Part shown: in pieces, positions 10,668 through 20,547 of the stretch
Layout: each line of letters opens with the position of its first letter
Numbering within the stretch: the stretch's first letter is position 1
Source: Candidatus Melainabacteria bacterium 17Bon1m
GTDB lineage: Bacteria > Cyanobacteriota > Vampirovibrionia > Obscuribacterales > Obscuribacteraceae
Direction: 5' to 3'
Assembly (NCBI GenBank): GCA_032128875.1
Contig: JAVLKG010000005.1
Location: 539,030-603,029 of the forward strand
Length of the DNA: 64,000 nucleotides
Program-made: the position numbers and the translations under genes
The notes under the pieces: model-generated
What the model saw: the letters and a program-made list of their open reading frames with translations, nothing else
What the model was told of the DNA's origin: nothing
Database searches by the model: none

Positions 10668-12215
10668 TTAGCGAGTTCTTGCAGCGGAAACTTCTGACAG
10701 TGAATCAACTTTGTAGTTGAAAGTGTATTTTATATCCAGGCTATCCGCTTCGAAATCCGCCGGCAGCCCCTTAAATGGAGCGCATGCGCTGATCGCGTTC
10801 ATCGCCGACTCGTCGCAATCGGCATTGCCAGACGAGCGAATCAGCCTAATCTGTTTGAGCTTTCCGTCCTTGGTTATGCGGAAAAGAATTTGAGCGACGC
10901 GCGGATCTCCATTGGGCGGCGACCATGCGCGCTTGATGCGCTTGTGAAGCTGTTTTAGATAATCTTGCAGAGTCGACGGTGCCCCTTTGCCGCCCGAACT
11001 GCGTCCCCCGGCCTGAAAGATTTCCAGGTTGGCGTCGCCTTCGTTGTCGACAACTTCGAACAATTCGACCGGCGAAGATTCTTCCATGAACATAGATTCG
11101 TTCGCGGCGCGCGATTCTTGCGACTTTACTCCGGGAGAGATGTTGCTTTGCCGAGTGAATGTTTGATCTGCCTGCACGCTTTTCCAGCCGGATGGAAGCT
11201 TAACGAGTGAGACTAAGCGTGCCTTCGTTTCTGCCTTTTGTTGCTGTGCTGCAATGTCGGCATCAGGTGAGATCATTGCCGATTGAACTTGGACGCCTTT
11301 CAGTACCATCTCGGTCGGGGCTGCAGTAATCTTCTTGGGTGCGACGGATTGAAACGACCGCTTGCCGGCCTCTTCAGTTTTCTGGCTGGTTCTTTCCGCT
11401 GGTCGACTTTGAGGTTGCACTACCGGTGGTGTCATTGCCACTTTGTCTGTGCTGCCGCTGCGTTTTCTCTGGCTGTCCTTCTCTTCAGTACTGGCTGTCA
11501 GTTCGTTGTTGTCTTTGTAATCCGCAAATGAAGTGAGTTCAATATCGATGAATTGCTTTTGTGCGACAACAGGTGGCGTCACCTTGAAACCATGGGCGAA
11601 TAGCCAGGCAAACATCAAAAGCGAAACGCTCAAGTAGGTTTTTGAAAAATACCTGGCAAATCGTCCCTCTTCTGGAGAGCCTATGCGTGCAGCTGCAAAA
11701 GCGTGTTTATTCGACTGCCTTCTTGTTGATGCTACAGCCCAGAAAGCAACGCATGCAAGCGTGATTGACCAGGGTAGAGAAATCCCTGCAATACCGTTAT
11801 AGAAAAAGACCGCTATCCAGGTGATTGAAGTGGCTGACGTGACAAGGTTGGCCGGAAGCGTCGAAGGAGCTTTTATTGCCTTTGCTTCTAGTTGTGAAAC
11901 CTGTTGTGTTTCGGATTTTGCAGCGTGCTCACATTCACTTGCTGATTCTTGTACTTCTTTTCCTTCTGCCGTGTTCGATTTAGTTTCTGACTCTTTGTCT
12001 GATTCAGTCTTGGGCTCTGTTTTTGATTCAGGGGGGGACTCTGCATCTGGCGCGGCTTCAGCGTCGGGCTGAGAGTGAGCGTGAGCAGCGCCTTCTATTG
12101 TTTCAGAGCAAGCATCGCAATCCGGTTGCACAAAAACCTCGGCTGGCGTTTCCGGCTCATCACCGGCGACAGTCGAGTCTAGGCTTGCACTCGTAGAGTC
12201 TTGTTTTTCTGACAA
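10668..12215 (-). CDS. TonB/TolA C-terminal domain membrane protein
   Basis: C-terminal YLKQLHKRIKRAWSPP...FRITKDG...RSSGNADCDESAMNAI...APFKGLP; TM segments; low-complexity linker. Confidence 0.8.
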   Translation of the reverse strand: MSEKQDSTSASLDSTVAGDEPETPAEVFVQPDCDACSETIEGAAHAHSQPDAEAAPDAESPPESKTEPKTESDKESETKSNTAEGKEVQESASECEHAAKSETQQVSQLEAKAIKAPSTLPANLVTSATSITWIAVFFYNGIAGISLPWSITLACVAFWAVASTRRQSNKHAFAAARIGSPEEGRFARYFSKTYLSVSLLMFAWLFAHGFKVTPPVVAQKQFIDIELTSFADYKDNNELTASTEEKDSQRKRSGSTDKVAMTPPVVQPQSRPAERTSQKTEEAGKRSFQSVAPKKITAAPTEMVLKGVQVQSAMISPDADIAAQQQKAETKARLVSLVKLPSGWKSVQADQTFTRQSNISPGVKSQESRAANESMFMEESSPVELFEVVDNEGDANLEIFQAGGRSSGGKGAPSTLQDYLKQLHKRIKRAWSPPNGDPRVAQILFRITKDGKLKQIRLIRSSGNADCDESAMNAISACAPFKGLPADFEADSLDIKYTFNYKVDSLSEVSAARTR

Positions 12216-12387
12216 GGTCGTAGTCTATTTTATCTACATTCCAAGCGCTATAAATCGTATCATGCGGCGGCTATGCGTCCCTTTTTATGAGAAAGAAGAG
12301 AGCTTGCTGTCAAGAAGCAAGCTCTCAAACTTCAGTCCTGGGACCCTGTATTCATGGGCAGCCAGACCGCTGCCTTCTTGTTCTTGG

Positions 12388-13674
12388 CTACTTGCCCATT
12401 GCGGCGAAGTAAACAGCGCATGCGTGGTCGAGATACTCTCTTGACAGCCGGGGCTCTGTTTGAAGGAAGGCGCAGAGGTTAACGACTTGGTCGACAATGT
12501 CGCGCGGGTGGCAGCAACGCATGTTGCGTTTGCCGCTGCGATATTGGGATTCGATCAAGTAGTTGACTGCTTCTTCGTTGTACGGAACGCCTGTGCGCTG
12601 GCAATACTGCAGGAAGATCCACTTGAATTCGTCTTCGGTCGGGTTGGTGATGTTGATCTTGTACGGAATCCGTCTCAAGAACGCTTCGTCAACCAGGTCA
12701 GCCGGGTTCAGGTTGGTGGAGAACACAATCAACTGTTCGAACGGCACTTCCAGTTTTTTACCGGTGTGCAAGCTCAAATAGTCAACGCGTTTTTCCAGTG
12801 GAACGATCCAGCGGTTGAGGAGTGATTTGTGGTCGATTCTTTGTCTGCCAAAGTCGTCGATTAGCAGCAAGCCGCAATTGGACTTCAGCTGAATCGGCGC
12901 TTCGTAGAGCTTTGTACCGTAATCGAACTGTAGTTCGAGCATGTCAATCGTCAACTCACCGCCCACCACTACGCATGGGCGCTGGATGCGGACCCAGCGG
13001 TGGTCGTAGTCTCTCGGGTAGTTGGCGGCAGATACTTGCTGGTGGTTGTGCGAGTCGTATACGCGGATGATCTGTCCGTCGATTTCGACTGCGTACGGAA
13101 TGAAGATGTGTCCTTTGAAACTGCGGACAATCCGCTCGGCGATTGACGTCTTGCCGTTGCCTGCTTCTCCGAAAAGGAACATCCCGCGTCCGGAGTTGAT
13201 GGCAGGACCGACCGAGTTGATGGTGCGGCGGTTGACCATGATGTCCGAGAAGGCTACTTCCAAATCGCGTGGTGTTACCGATTCGCGACGGATGGTCTGA
13301 TATTTGAGAGAGTCTACATAGCGCGACCACGGTACCGGGCAGGCGCCGTTGTATGCGTTGTGGTCGAAATAGGAGCGCGCTCTGTCGCGTCCTTTTTCTG
13401 TCGGGGTGTATTCATAGTCAGCCAGACCGCCGGCACTGCGGACTTCAATCAGAAGTTGGCGCTTCAATACTTCGAGAATTTCTTCGATAATCTTGAAGGG
13501 AAGCTGAGTTCTAGCGGCAATTTCGCGACCCATCGCGAAGTTGACCAGATAAATGTCCTTGAGGATCAATTCTTCCAGAAAGCCTTCTTTCAAGCCGGTT
13601 TCGGCAATTGAAGATGGATACGGAGGAACGAACTCCTGCTGTTGTTGGGTTCCTGTCTTGACCTGTTGAACCAT
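12388..13674 (-). CDS. AAA+ family ATPase (type often annotated as Flp/Tad-pilus-associated)
   Basis: Walker A GEAGNGKTS, Walker B LLIDDFG, FSTN, AFLRRI. Confidence 0.8.
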   Translation of the reverse strand: MVQQVKTGTQQQQEFVPPYPSSIAETGLKEGFLEELILKDIYLVNFAMGREIAARTQLPFKIIEEILEVLKRQLLIEVRSAGGLADYEYTPTEKGRDRARSYFDHNAYNGACPVPWSRYVDSLKYQTIRRESVTPRDLEVAFSDIMVNRRTINSVGPAINSGRGMFLFGEAGNGKTSIAERIVRSFKGHIFIPYAVEIDGQIIRVYDSHNHQQVSAANYPRDYDHRWVRIQRPCVVVGGELTIDMLELQFDYGTKLYEAPIQLKSNCGLLLIDDFGRQRIDHKSLLNRWIVPLEKRVDYLSLHTGKKLEVPFEQLIVFSTNLNPADLVDEAFLRRIPYKINITNPTEDEFKWIFLQYCQRTGVPYNEEAVNYLIESQYRSGKRNMRCCHPRDIVDQVVNLCAFLQTEPRLSREYLDHACAVYFAAMGK

Positions 13675-13806
13675 ATTTCCTCGCTTTTTGCCTCTTTTGC
13701 CGGCTCTCTTTATTCAGACGCTTTCCTAAAACGCCTGCTTCCGCTTGGGCAGCGGGGGCTACATATACACTTTACAGCTATATAGCCAGAAACGTAAGCA
13801 CCTCAA

Positions 13807-16383
13807 CTAATTACGCTGCGCACTTGTCAGGGTGCTTTCAAGCACCAACTCGTGTATTTTATCGCCGATTTCGCCAAGTTTGTTGCCTTCTTGCTCTGAT
13901 TCCTCCTTGTAGCTAAAACGATCCAGATAATAAGCTTCGACGAAATTGTCAACCAAATCAGGCAATTCGGAGCGTAAAGCCACTGGAAATGCCTGACTTT
14001 CGTATGCTCTTGTGCGCACTGCCGTGGCTACATCCTTTGGTGTGTCACTTGTAGTTTTGCTAACAGCAACCTTCTCGAGGTCTTTGAGCATACGCAAGTA
14101 AAGAGCGGTCGAGGGCTTCATATTCTTGAGTTCATTGGAAGCCTGCTGTTGCGAGCGCCATGCGCTGAGGCCTTTTTTGACTAATTCCCAGACCAGAAAT
14201 ATGCCGATTGCAATCAAAATCGCAATTACATAGGGGTTGGACGACAACTTCTTAGTCCAGCTCCAAGCCTTTTGAGGGTCGTTTTTCTCTGCGACCCTGG
14301 GTGCCGGTGGTGGACCGGACTGGTGAGTAGACTTGAGCACCATGCGCCCACCCTGGGCGTCTTGGAACGGTTGTATCGGCAAAGTTCCGTTGGGAGTCGC
14401 GTCAATCGGCACCCAACCGTGCGTTGGAATAAACACTTCCGCCCAGGCGTGCTCATTCTTCTTGCGCACTAAGGCTGCGTCCGACTTGGGATCTTTGTCG
14501 CCCGGCATATATCCGAATACGACCCGTGAGGGGATTCCCTGAGCTCTCAAAAGAATCGCTTCGGCTGATGCAAACATCGAGCAGCTGCCGCTTTTCGTAT
14601 TGAGTAGAAAGTTGGCGACGGCATCGACATCGCTTTCTAACTGGTTGTTATTGTCGAGGTAGCTGCAATTGGCTTTCAGGTAATTGGAAATCCTTTCGGC
14701 ATGGACAAACCAGTTGCCGTCCTTGCCGCCGACCTCTTTAGCCAGAAGTTTTACTTGAGGATCATAGTCTTTAGGCAGCTGCAAAAAGCGTGCGGATGCC
14801 TGACGGATTTGTTCTAATTGAACCGGGTTGGGCATGATTGCAGTGCGCAATTCATCGAGGTCTGCGGACGGTACCATCGAGACTGCCGTGTAAAAGAGCC
14901 CCGGTTTCAAATTGTTTTTTGCTTCCAGCGAGCCATCAGTCGCTACTCTCACTTCATCTGGGAAGTGCACGACTTGCGGGATCCAGCCGCAGGGAATGGT
15001 CAGATCCATGGTGCTTTTCACTTCGATGCGCTGTTCGACTTCGGCACCTCTGAAATTGGCCGGCAGGCGCAAAGATCTGACATTGCCTATGACATAGGCG
15101 TCGTCTTCCATTTTTCTTGCATCAGCCCACTGTTGACTCTTGCTGTTCACCCAGCGTTGTCCTTCATAAGTGTCGAATGCCATGCCTCGCAAGTAAACGG
15201 GGCGATTACTGCTGACGCTCAGGAGAACAACATCTTGCACTGCCGGATCGCGCTTTTCTGCTAATCCCATTTGCTGTCTTGGTCGCTGTTGTTTGGCGTC
15301 TTCGGCTGATTGATCTGCTGGCTCCGGAGCACCTGTCCCGTTGGCAGAAGGTTTGGCATTCTTATCCGGCTTGCCGCCTTTGCCTGGTTTTGCGTTCTTT
15401 GCGTCTTTGGGATTCGTCCCTGGCTTATAACCGGAGAGTTTTTCTTTAGGACCTTCTCTGCGCTTCCCGTCGCCTGTTCCAGTGCCCTTTCCGGAGCCGT
15501 TCTTGCCGCCCTTTCCGTTTTGCTCTGACTTCTGTCCTTTATTGGTTTGCTCCTGCGGTCTGGGAGGGCTGTTGGCCGGTGTACGCCGAGGAATCGGCGC
15601 CATCGCTGTTTGTTTAGGAGCTTGAGGCGGATGCATTTTTTCGTATGCACGAGCCATAAGAATACGCGCCTGGTCGGCGATAAGATCGACAATTGATGCG
15701 CCTGAACGGGGCATCATGCAGAAGACCAGCATGGAGACAACTGGCAGGGTGACTACTGCAACCAGGGCGCCGCCTGTGGCAGGACGTTTCCACAGAGGTT
15801 CCGGCACGTTTAGAGCTTGAGGAAGCGTGGGTCTGGTAGAAGCTGAAACTTGTGCGGGGTTGCCTTCACGGCTGTGCGAAATGGCGATCAGGTAGAGGAA
15901 AATGGCGCCGCCGATAATAAAGCCCATTGGAAAAACACCAAAAATCGTGCTCTTTCCGGTTTGCGAAGCGACGCAGCCCATCAGCCCCAACGACACCGTC
16001 GCAGCAACATAGATATCGGTTCTCTGTCTCAGGTCGAAGGTAAGTACAATCAGCAGTCCACATAAAACCTGCATGAATGCGGGCAAAAATAAGCCGTTGC
16101 CGAAAAACTGCTTGATCGACTCGAAAACAAAGTGACCGAGAACCCCGCAAGTACCGGCAAGAATAAAGACGTTGACCAGAAGGGATTTTCGAGATCGGAA
16201 TTTATAACTCAAATAGCTGCCCAGCGCCGAAACCAGGATGCAGCCTGTCGTTACGACGAACGGCGCCTCCGAGTAAAGACAGTAAGCAACGATGGTGATT
16301 GCCACCATGATGTAATTCATGATGCGCAACTCGACGGAGTTTTCCACCTCTATTGCTTTGGCTTTGGTGGCATCTTTGCTCAT
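13807..16383 (-). CDS. DUF3488 + transglutaminase-like membrane protein (TgpA-like)
   Basis: N-terminal TM bundle; YLRGMAFDTYEG; triad motifs GSCSMFA, HAWAEV, DATP. Confidence 0.9.
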   Translation of the reverse strand: MSKDATKAKAIEVENSVELRIMNYIMVAITIVAYCLYSEAPFVVTTGCILVSALGSYLSYKFRSRKSLLVNVFILAGTCGVLGHFVFESIKQFFGNGLFLPAFMQVLCGLLIVLTFDLRQRTDIYVAATVSLGLMGCVASQTGKSTIFGVFPMGFIIGGAIFLYLIAISHSREGNPAQVSASTRPTLPQALNVPEPLWKRPATGGALVAVVTLPVVSMLVFCMMPRSGASIVDLIADQARILMARAYEKMHPPQAPKQTAMAPIPRRTPANSPPRPQEQTNKGQKSEQNGKGGKNGSGKGTGTGDGKRREGPKEKLSGYKPGTNPKDAKNAKPGKGGKPDKNAKPSANGTGAPEPADQSAEDAKQQRPRQQMGLAEKRDPAVQDVVLLSVSSNRPVYLRGMAFDTYEGQRWVNSKSQQWADARKMEDDAYVIGNVRSLRLPANFRGAEVEQRIEVKSTMDLTIPCGWIPQVVHFPDEVRVATDGSLEAKNNLKPGLFYTAVSMVPSADLDELRTAIMPNPVQLEQIRQASARFLQLPKDYDPQVKLLAKEVGGKDGNWFVHAERISNYLKANCSYLDNNNQLESDVDAVANFLLNTKSGSCSMFASAEAILLRAQGIPSRVVFGYMPGDKDPKSDAALVRKKNEHAWAEVFIPTHGWVPIDATPNGTLPIQPFQDAQGGRMVLKSTHQSGPPPAPRVAEKNDPQKAWSWTKKLSSNPYVIAILIAIGIFLVWELVKKGLSAWRSQQQASNELKNMKPSTALYLRMLKDLEKVAVSKTTSDTPKDVATAVRTRAYESQAFPVALRSELPDLVDNFVEAYYLDRFSYKEESEQEGNKLGEIGDKIHELVLESTLTSAQRN

Positions 16384-17921
16384 AGCTTGATGATGTCCTC
16401 GGCGCCTGAGATGATTGAAATCTGCTTGCCGACCCGGGATATGTCATCCGGTTCGTTGCGCATGTCGACAGTCGTGGCCAACTTTGCTTTGTCTTCAGCA
16501 TTGCGCAAACTTTCGGGATCTTTGCCGGAATGCACTGTTTGAGCCTGCTGCTCTTGCTGCCCCTGCTGCAGAAATTGCCACTTGTCCGCGTCGGTCTTTC
16601 CAACAGGCTGTACCAATACCAGCTCAATTTGCGCTTTCTCGGTTCTGGGCGCGAGGAATATCAGCGCCCCTTCTTTTGCCTTTCTGATCAAGTCGTCCAG
16701 CTTGTCGACCCGGCGTCCTCGACGAGCAGCGACCTTTGCGAGTTCTTCTGTGCGTTTGAATGGTTCTAGTCTGGCCAACATTTCAATGGAAGCAGTCAGT
16801 CCCGGCGCCATGGGTGGAGGCTCGATGACGAGCACCTGGTTTCTTACGATCAGCTTGGGAGCCAGTCCCCATCTATGACCCAGCGTGATCAGCGAGGCGG
16901 CGGTGATGAGCGCCAGCTCGTACATCTCTTCTGTGCCCCAGTCCCATTTCGAGTCAATGAGCAAATCGAAGGCAGGCAGACCTTCGGCCTCGAATTCTCT
17001 TGATAGTAATTTGCCCATGCGCGCGCTTGATGCCCAGTGGATGATACGTGGACTGTCGCCTCTGATATATTCGCGAACCCCGCGCACAATCGCTGTTTGC
17101 TGGTTGAAGCTGGATTTGCGGGACAATAATCCAACGCTCGGAGTCACCACATTCAGTTGCTGCAGGAAATTGCCGCTGACAGGATAAACCTTCGGATAGA
17201 CGACTGTTTCAGGCGGTACTTCGGTGTTGTCCTTTTCGTCAAAACGAAAGCGAACCTCCCTCTGGCAATAGGCAAGGCCGAATGGAAAACAGGATGAAAA
17301 CGTGATGCTCTGCACTCTGTAGATGCCGCGTCTTAGAGGACCGGCTAAGAGTTGCAGTGTTTCTTTTTCGCCCATGCTCGGGATGAGCAAAGGTTTGGAA
17401 AGGGGAGACTGCGACAGCGAGCCGAGACGCATGACATTGACGGTCATTCGCAACCAGCGCAAAGGAAAGAGAATTTGAAATGTTCCGACTCCAAATATTC
17501 TCTCCAGGGCAATCTTAATGGCAATTTTTTCACCGGCGCGCGCGTTAGGTGGCAGAGATGCTTTCACGCGCACGTCGCAGACTTGCAAAACCGGCAGCAG
17601 CAAACTCAAAAACATTGCTGCGATCATTCCTGATGCCATCAAGTACAGCCACTGGCTGTTGCTTTCGGTAGAAAAGACGTAGAGCAGAATAGTAACGAGT
17701 AGCGATCCGAAAAAACGCGCATTCAGAATTAGCACCAGATCCGGTGTCACCCGGCATCGCCAACCTTTGAGGTTGTCTACCGGCGGCGGCACTTTGGCCG
17801 CATTGCTGACGATGAACGGCTCAGGTGGATCGCTCTTTTTGAGAGAGGGCGGGGGCTGGATCGGTTGATCCTTTTGATTTTGTTGCTGCTCCTTGGGAGC
17901 GCTAGACTGGGACTGAAACAT
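16380..17921 (-). CDS. DUF58 domain protein
   Basis: RRGIY, FPFGL, VVYP, VREYIRGDSPRIIHWASSAR; overlaps both neighbours. Confidence 0.9.
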   Translation of the reverse strand: MFQSQSSAPKEQQQNQKDQPIQPPPSLKKSDPPEPFIVSNAAKVPPPVDNLKGWRCRVTPDLVLILNARFFGSLLVTILLYVFSTESNSQWLYLMASGMIAAMFLSLLLPVLQVCDVRVKASLPPNARAGEKIAIKIALERIFGVGTFQILFPLRWLRMTVNVMRLGSLSQSPLSKPLLIPSMGEKETLQLLAGPLRRGIYRVQSITFSSCFPFGLAYCQREVRFRFDEKDNTEVPPETVVYPKVYPVSGNFLQQLNVVTPSVGLLSRKSSFNQQTAIVRGVREYIRGDSPRIIHWASSARMGKLLSREFEAEGLPAFDLLIDSKWDWGTEEMYELALITAASLITLGHRWGLAPKLIVRNQVLVIEPPPMAPGLTASIEMLARLEPFKRTEELAKVAARRGRRVDKLDDLIRKAKEGALIFLAPRTEKAQIELVLVQPVGKTDADKWQFLQQGQQEQQAQTVHSGKDPESLRNAEDKAKLATTVDMRNEPDDISRVGKQISIISGAEDIIKL

Positions 17922-18885
17922 CCTCTAGCACTCTTAAGATGAGGTCGGCGTGACTGACTTTATTGTCTTGCATCTTAGGAATGATGCGGTGTCCAAGAAT
18001 GTACGGCGCGAGCCCTTTTACATCGTCCGGTTTGACGAAATCGCGTCCCTCTAAAAATGCAGCTGATTGTGCAGCTCTCAACAAGAGTTGCGTTCCGCGA
18101 GGCGATACGCCCAAAACAATGGATGGATGCCGACGCGTGGCGTGCACGATGTCGACGATGTAGTTTTTCACGGACTGCTCTACATAAATATGTCTCACTG
18201 CTTGCCTTGCCATGAGCACTTCGTCCACGGTCAAAACAGGATCAACAACAAACCCATCTTGTGCCAAGGTCTTATCGAGAATCTCCAGTTCTTGCTTGAG
18301 ATCCGGGTAACCGAGCGAAATGCAGATCATGAAGCGGTCTAGCTGTGCTTCAGGCAGTGGGAATGTGCCGTGATATTCAATCGGGTTTTCCGTTGCAATA
18401 ACGAAAAACAGCTCAGGAAGCTTGCGCGTTGAGCCGTCGATTGTCACTTGGTTTTCTTCCATCGCCTCCAGCAGACTGGATTGTGTTCTAGGCGTGGCGC
18501 GGTTGATTTCATCAGTCAGCAAGATATTGGTAAAAATCGGACCAGGCATGAAGTTGAAAGTGCCTTCTTGCTGGCTGTAGATGCTCACCCCCGAAATATC
18601 GGAAGGCAGCAAGTCCGGCGTGCACTGAATACGCTTGAACTGTGATTGGACAGACATGGAAAGTGACTTGGCAAGCAATGTCTTGCCCACTCCCGGGACA
18701 TCCTCGATGAGCAGGTGTCCACCTGCCAGGAAGGCTGTGACTGCGAATTTGACGGCTTTTTCTTGACCGACCAAGACGCTGTTCATGTTGTCGACCAGAG
18801 TCTTGGCTTTCAGAGCCAGTTCTTTGGTTTGGGAACTAGATGTAGCTCCCGCTTTACCATCGGTTCTTGCTTCTGCTTGAGTCAT
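17902..18885 (-). CDS. moxR: MoxR-family AAA+ ATPase
   Basis: [54 protein letters not shown]. Confidence 0.95.
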   Translation of the reverse strand: MTQAEARTDGKAGATSSSQTKELALKAKTLVDNMNSVLVGQEKAVKFAVTAFLAGGHLLIEDVPGVGKTLLAKSLSMSVQSQFKRIQCTPDLLPSDISGVSIYSQQEGTFNFMPGPIFTNILLTDEINRATPRTQSSLLEAMEENQVTIDGSTRKLPELFFVIATENPIEYHGTFPLPEAQLDRFMICISLGYPDLKQELEILDKTLAQDGFVVDPVLTVDEVLMARQAVRHIYVEQSVKNYIVDIVHATRRHPSIVLGVSPRGTQLLLRAAQSAAFLEGRDFVKPDDVKGLAPYILGHRIIPKMQDNKVSHADLILRVLEDVSVPV

Positions 18886-19147
18886 GGATAGCCCGAAATG
18901 CTCCCTGTGCTGGGTCGGTCACAGCGGTTATGCCCTGTCACCTCCATTCTTATTCCCACTTATCAACCCCATTTCAAGCTTGAAAGCCTATTTCTATACC
19001 TCAGCGTCCGATAAGAGGCGCTGTCTTTCGGCTGCAGTTCTGCCGTTTGGCTTGTTTGCAACTTTGAGATGTTTGACCCCATTTAGCTTTCGAGTCTTGA
19101 AGTCCTCTGGTAAACTGGCTTTTCTCAATAATTGTGGAGATATTGCT

Positions 19148-20086
19148 ATGGCTCTCACATTCCAACAAGTCGTCCAGACCCTCAATGACTTCTGGGGCAA
19201 GAAAGGCTGCGTCGTCATGCAGTGTTTCGATCTGGAAAAAGGTGCCTCCACAATGAGTCCAGGGACGTTTCTCCGCGTTCTAGGACCAGAACCTTGGAAT
19301 ATGGCCACTATCGATGGTTGCCGCCGCCCGACCGATGGTCGTTACGGCGAAAACCCCAATCGTTTGCAGCATTATTTCCAGTATCAGGTCATCCTCAAGC
19401 CGTCACCCGACGATGTGCAGGATATCTACCTCGAGAGCCTCGCAGCCCTCGGCGTCGATCCGTTGCAGCATGACATTCGCTTCGTCGAAGACAACTGGGA
19501 ATCACCCACTCTCGGCGCCTGGGGCGTTGGCTGGGAAGTTTGGATGGACGGGCTGGAAATCACCCAATTCACTTATTTCCAACAAGCCGGCGGTCTGGAA
19601 GTCAGACCAGTAGCGGCTGAGATCACGTATGGTCTGGAGCGCCTGGCCATGTATTTGCAGAATGTGGACAACGTCTATGAGTTGCAATGGAACGAAAAGG
19701 TAAAGTATGGCGAGCTCTATCACCGCAATGAAGTCGAGCAGTCGACCTACAATTTCACTGAAAGCAACCCTGAGCTGTTGTCCAATCTTTTCAATCTTCA
19801 CCGTCAAGAAGCCGAGCGTTTGATTGGAAAAAAACTGGTCATGCCGGCTTATGAACAAATATTGCGCTGTTCTCATACTTTCAATTTGCTCGACGCACGG
19901 GGCGTTTTGGGACGTGACGAGCGGATGAAAACCATTTTGGAAATTCGCAAATTATCCGGTCTTGTCGCAGCTGCTTTCCTTGAGCAGCGGATCGAGATGG
20001 GTTTTCCTCTCTGTCCTGAAAATGAGCGGGAAGCATTGGTCAAGACCTATACTGAAAAGTATCTCGTTTCCAAGAAAAAGGCTTAG
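19148..20086 (+). CDS. glyQ: Glycine--tRNA ligase alpha subunit
   Basis: [48 protein letters not shown]; start ATG 19148 after GGAG. Confidence 0.97.
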   Translation: MALTFQQVVQTLNDFWGKKGCVVMQCFDLEKGASTMSPGTFLRVLGPEPWNMATIDGCRRPTDGRYGENPNRLQHYFQYQVILKPSPDDVQDIYLESLAALGVDPLQHDIRFVEDNWESPTLGAWGVGWEVWMDGLEITQFTYFQQAGGLEVRPVAAEITYGLERLAMYLQNVDNVYELQWNEKVKYGELYHRNEVEQSTYNFTESNPELLSNLFNLHRQEAERLIGKKLVMPAYEQILRCSHTFNLLDARGVLGRDERMKTILEIRKLSGLVAAAFLEQRIEMGFPLCPENEREALVKTYTEKYLVSKKKA

Positions 20087-20547
20087 TCGGTCAGGACCGG
20101 AAAATTATTTTTCCTGACCAGCCAGACGACTTGATAACGGCGGGTATATTCGATGAATATGCGATAGCTTGTTTTCATGCGCCTTTCCGTGGGTTTTCGT
20201 ATGTTGCAAAGGCGTCTGTCCGCCCCGTCCGGGTCGGAGCAGATCCTGATGCCAAGCTCTTCTCCGGCAAAAATAATTTGCGCCGGACGATGAGTTTATC
20301 TACATAATGGGTATAAGAAGTAGTTGAGGGCCTTCTGGCCTGGAGTGTGGAAATCGGAAAAATTCGACGGAAAAACCAGAGTTAGGACGGACCAATTAAT
20401 TCGAATCGGGAATTTCGAACTGCGAGCGAGATTCATTGACCGAAGATTTATACCGGACGACAAATGGTTTTGACGTATTCAAAGAGCCGGAATAGCCGGT
20501 TCAAGTTTGTTAGTCTCACGTAGCCATTTACTAGGAAGCATTCGGAT

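Noticed and set aside
18884-19147. N-terminal extension of glyQ (likewise ORF-track extensions at 33644, 48903, 6758 and 63565)
   Set aside because: Family similarity, signal peptides or SD sites begin at downstream starts
20089-20119. GGTCAGGACCGGAA resembles the SRP RNA helix-8 motif
   Set aside because: The required GG(A/T)AGCAG half is missing; it folds as a simple hairpin (GGTCAGG...CCTGACC) after the glyQ stop
12231-20304. TTATCTACA (one mismatch from a DnaA box) at ~12231 and ~20296
   Set aside because: Isolated single sites with no cluster or origin context
20120-20547. Long intergenic region before the NAGPA gene as a riboswitch
   Set aside because: Only short hairpins; no recognisable aptamer or terminator/antiterminator pair
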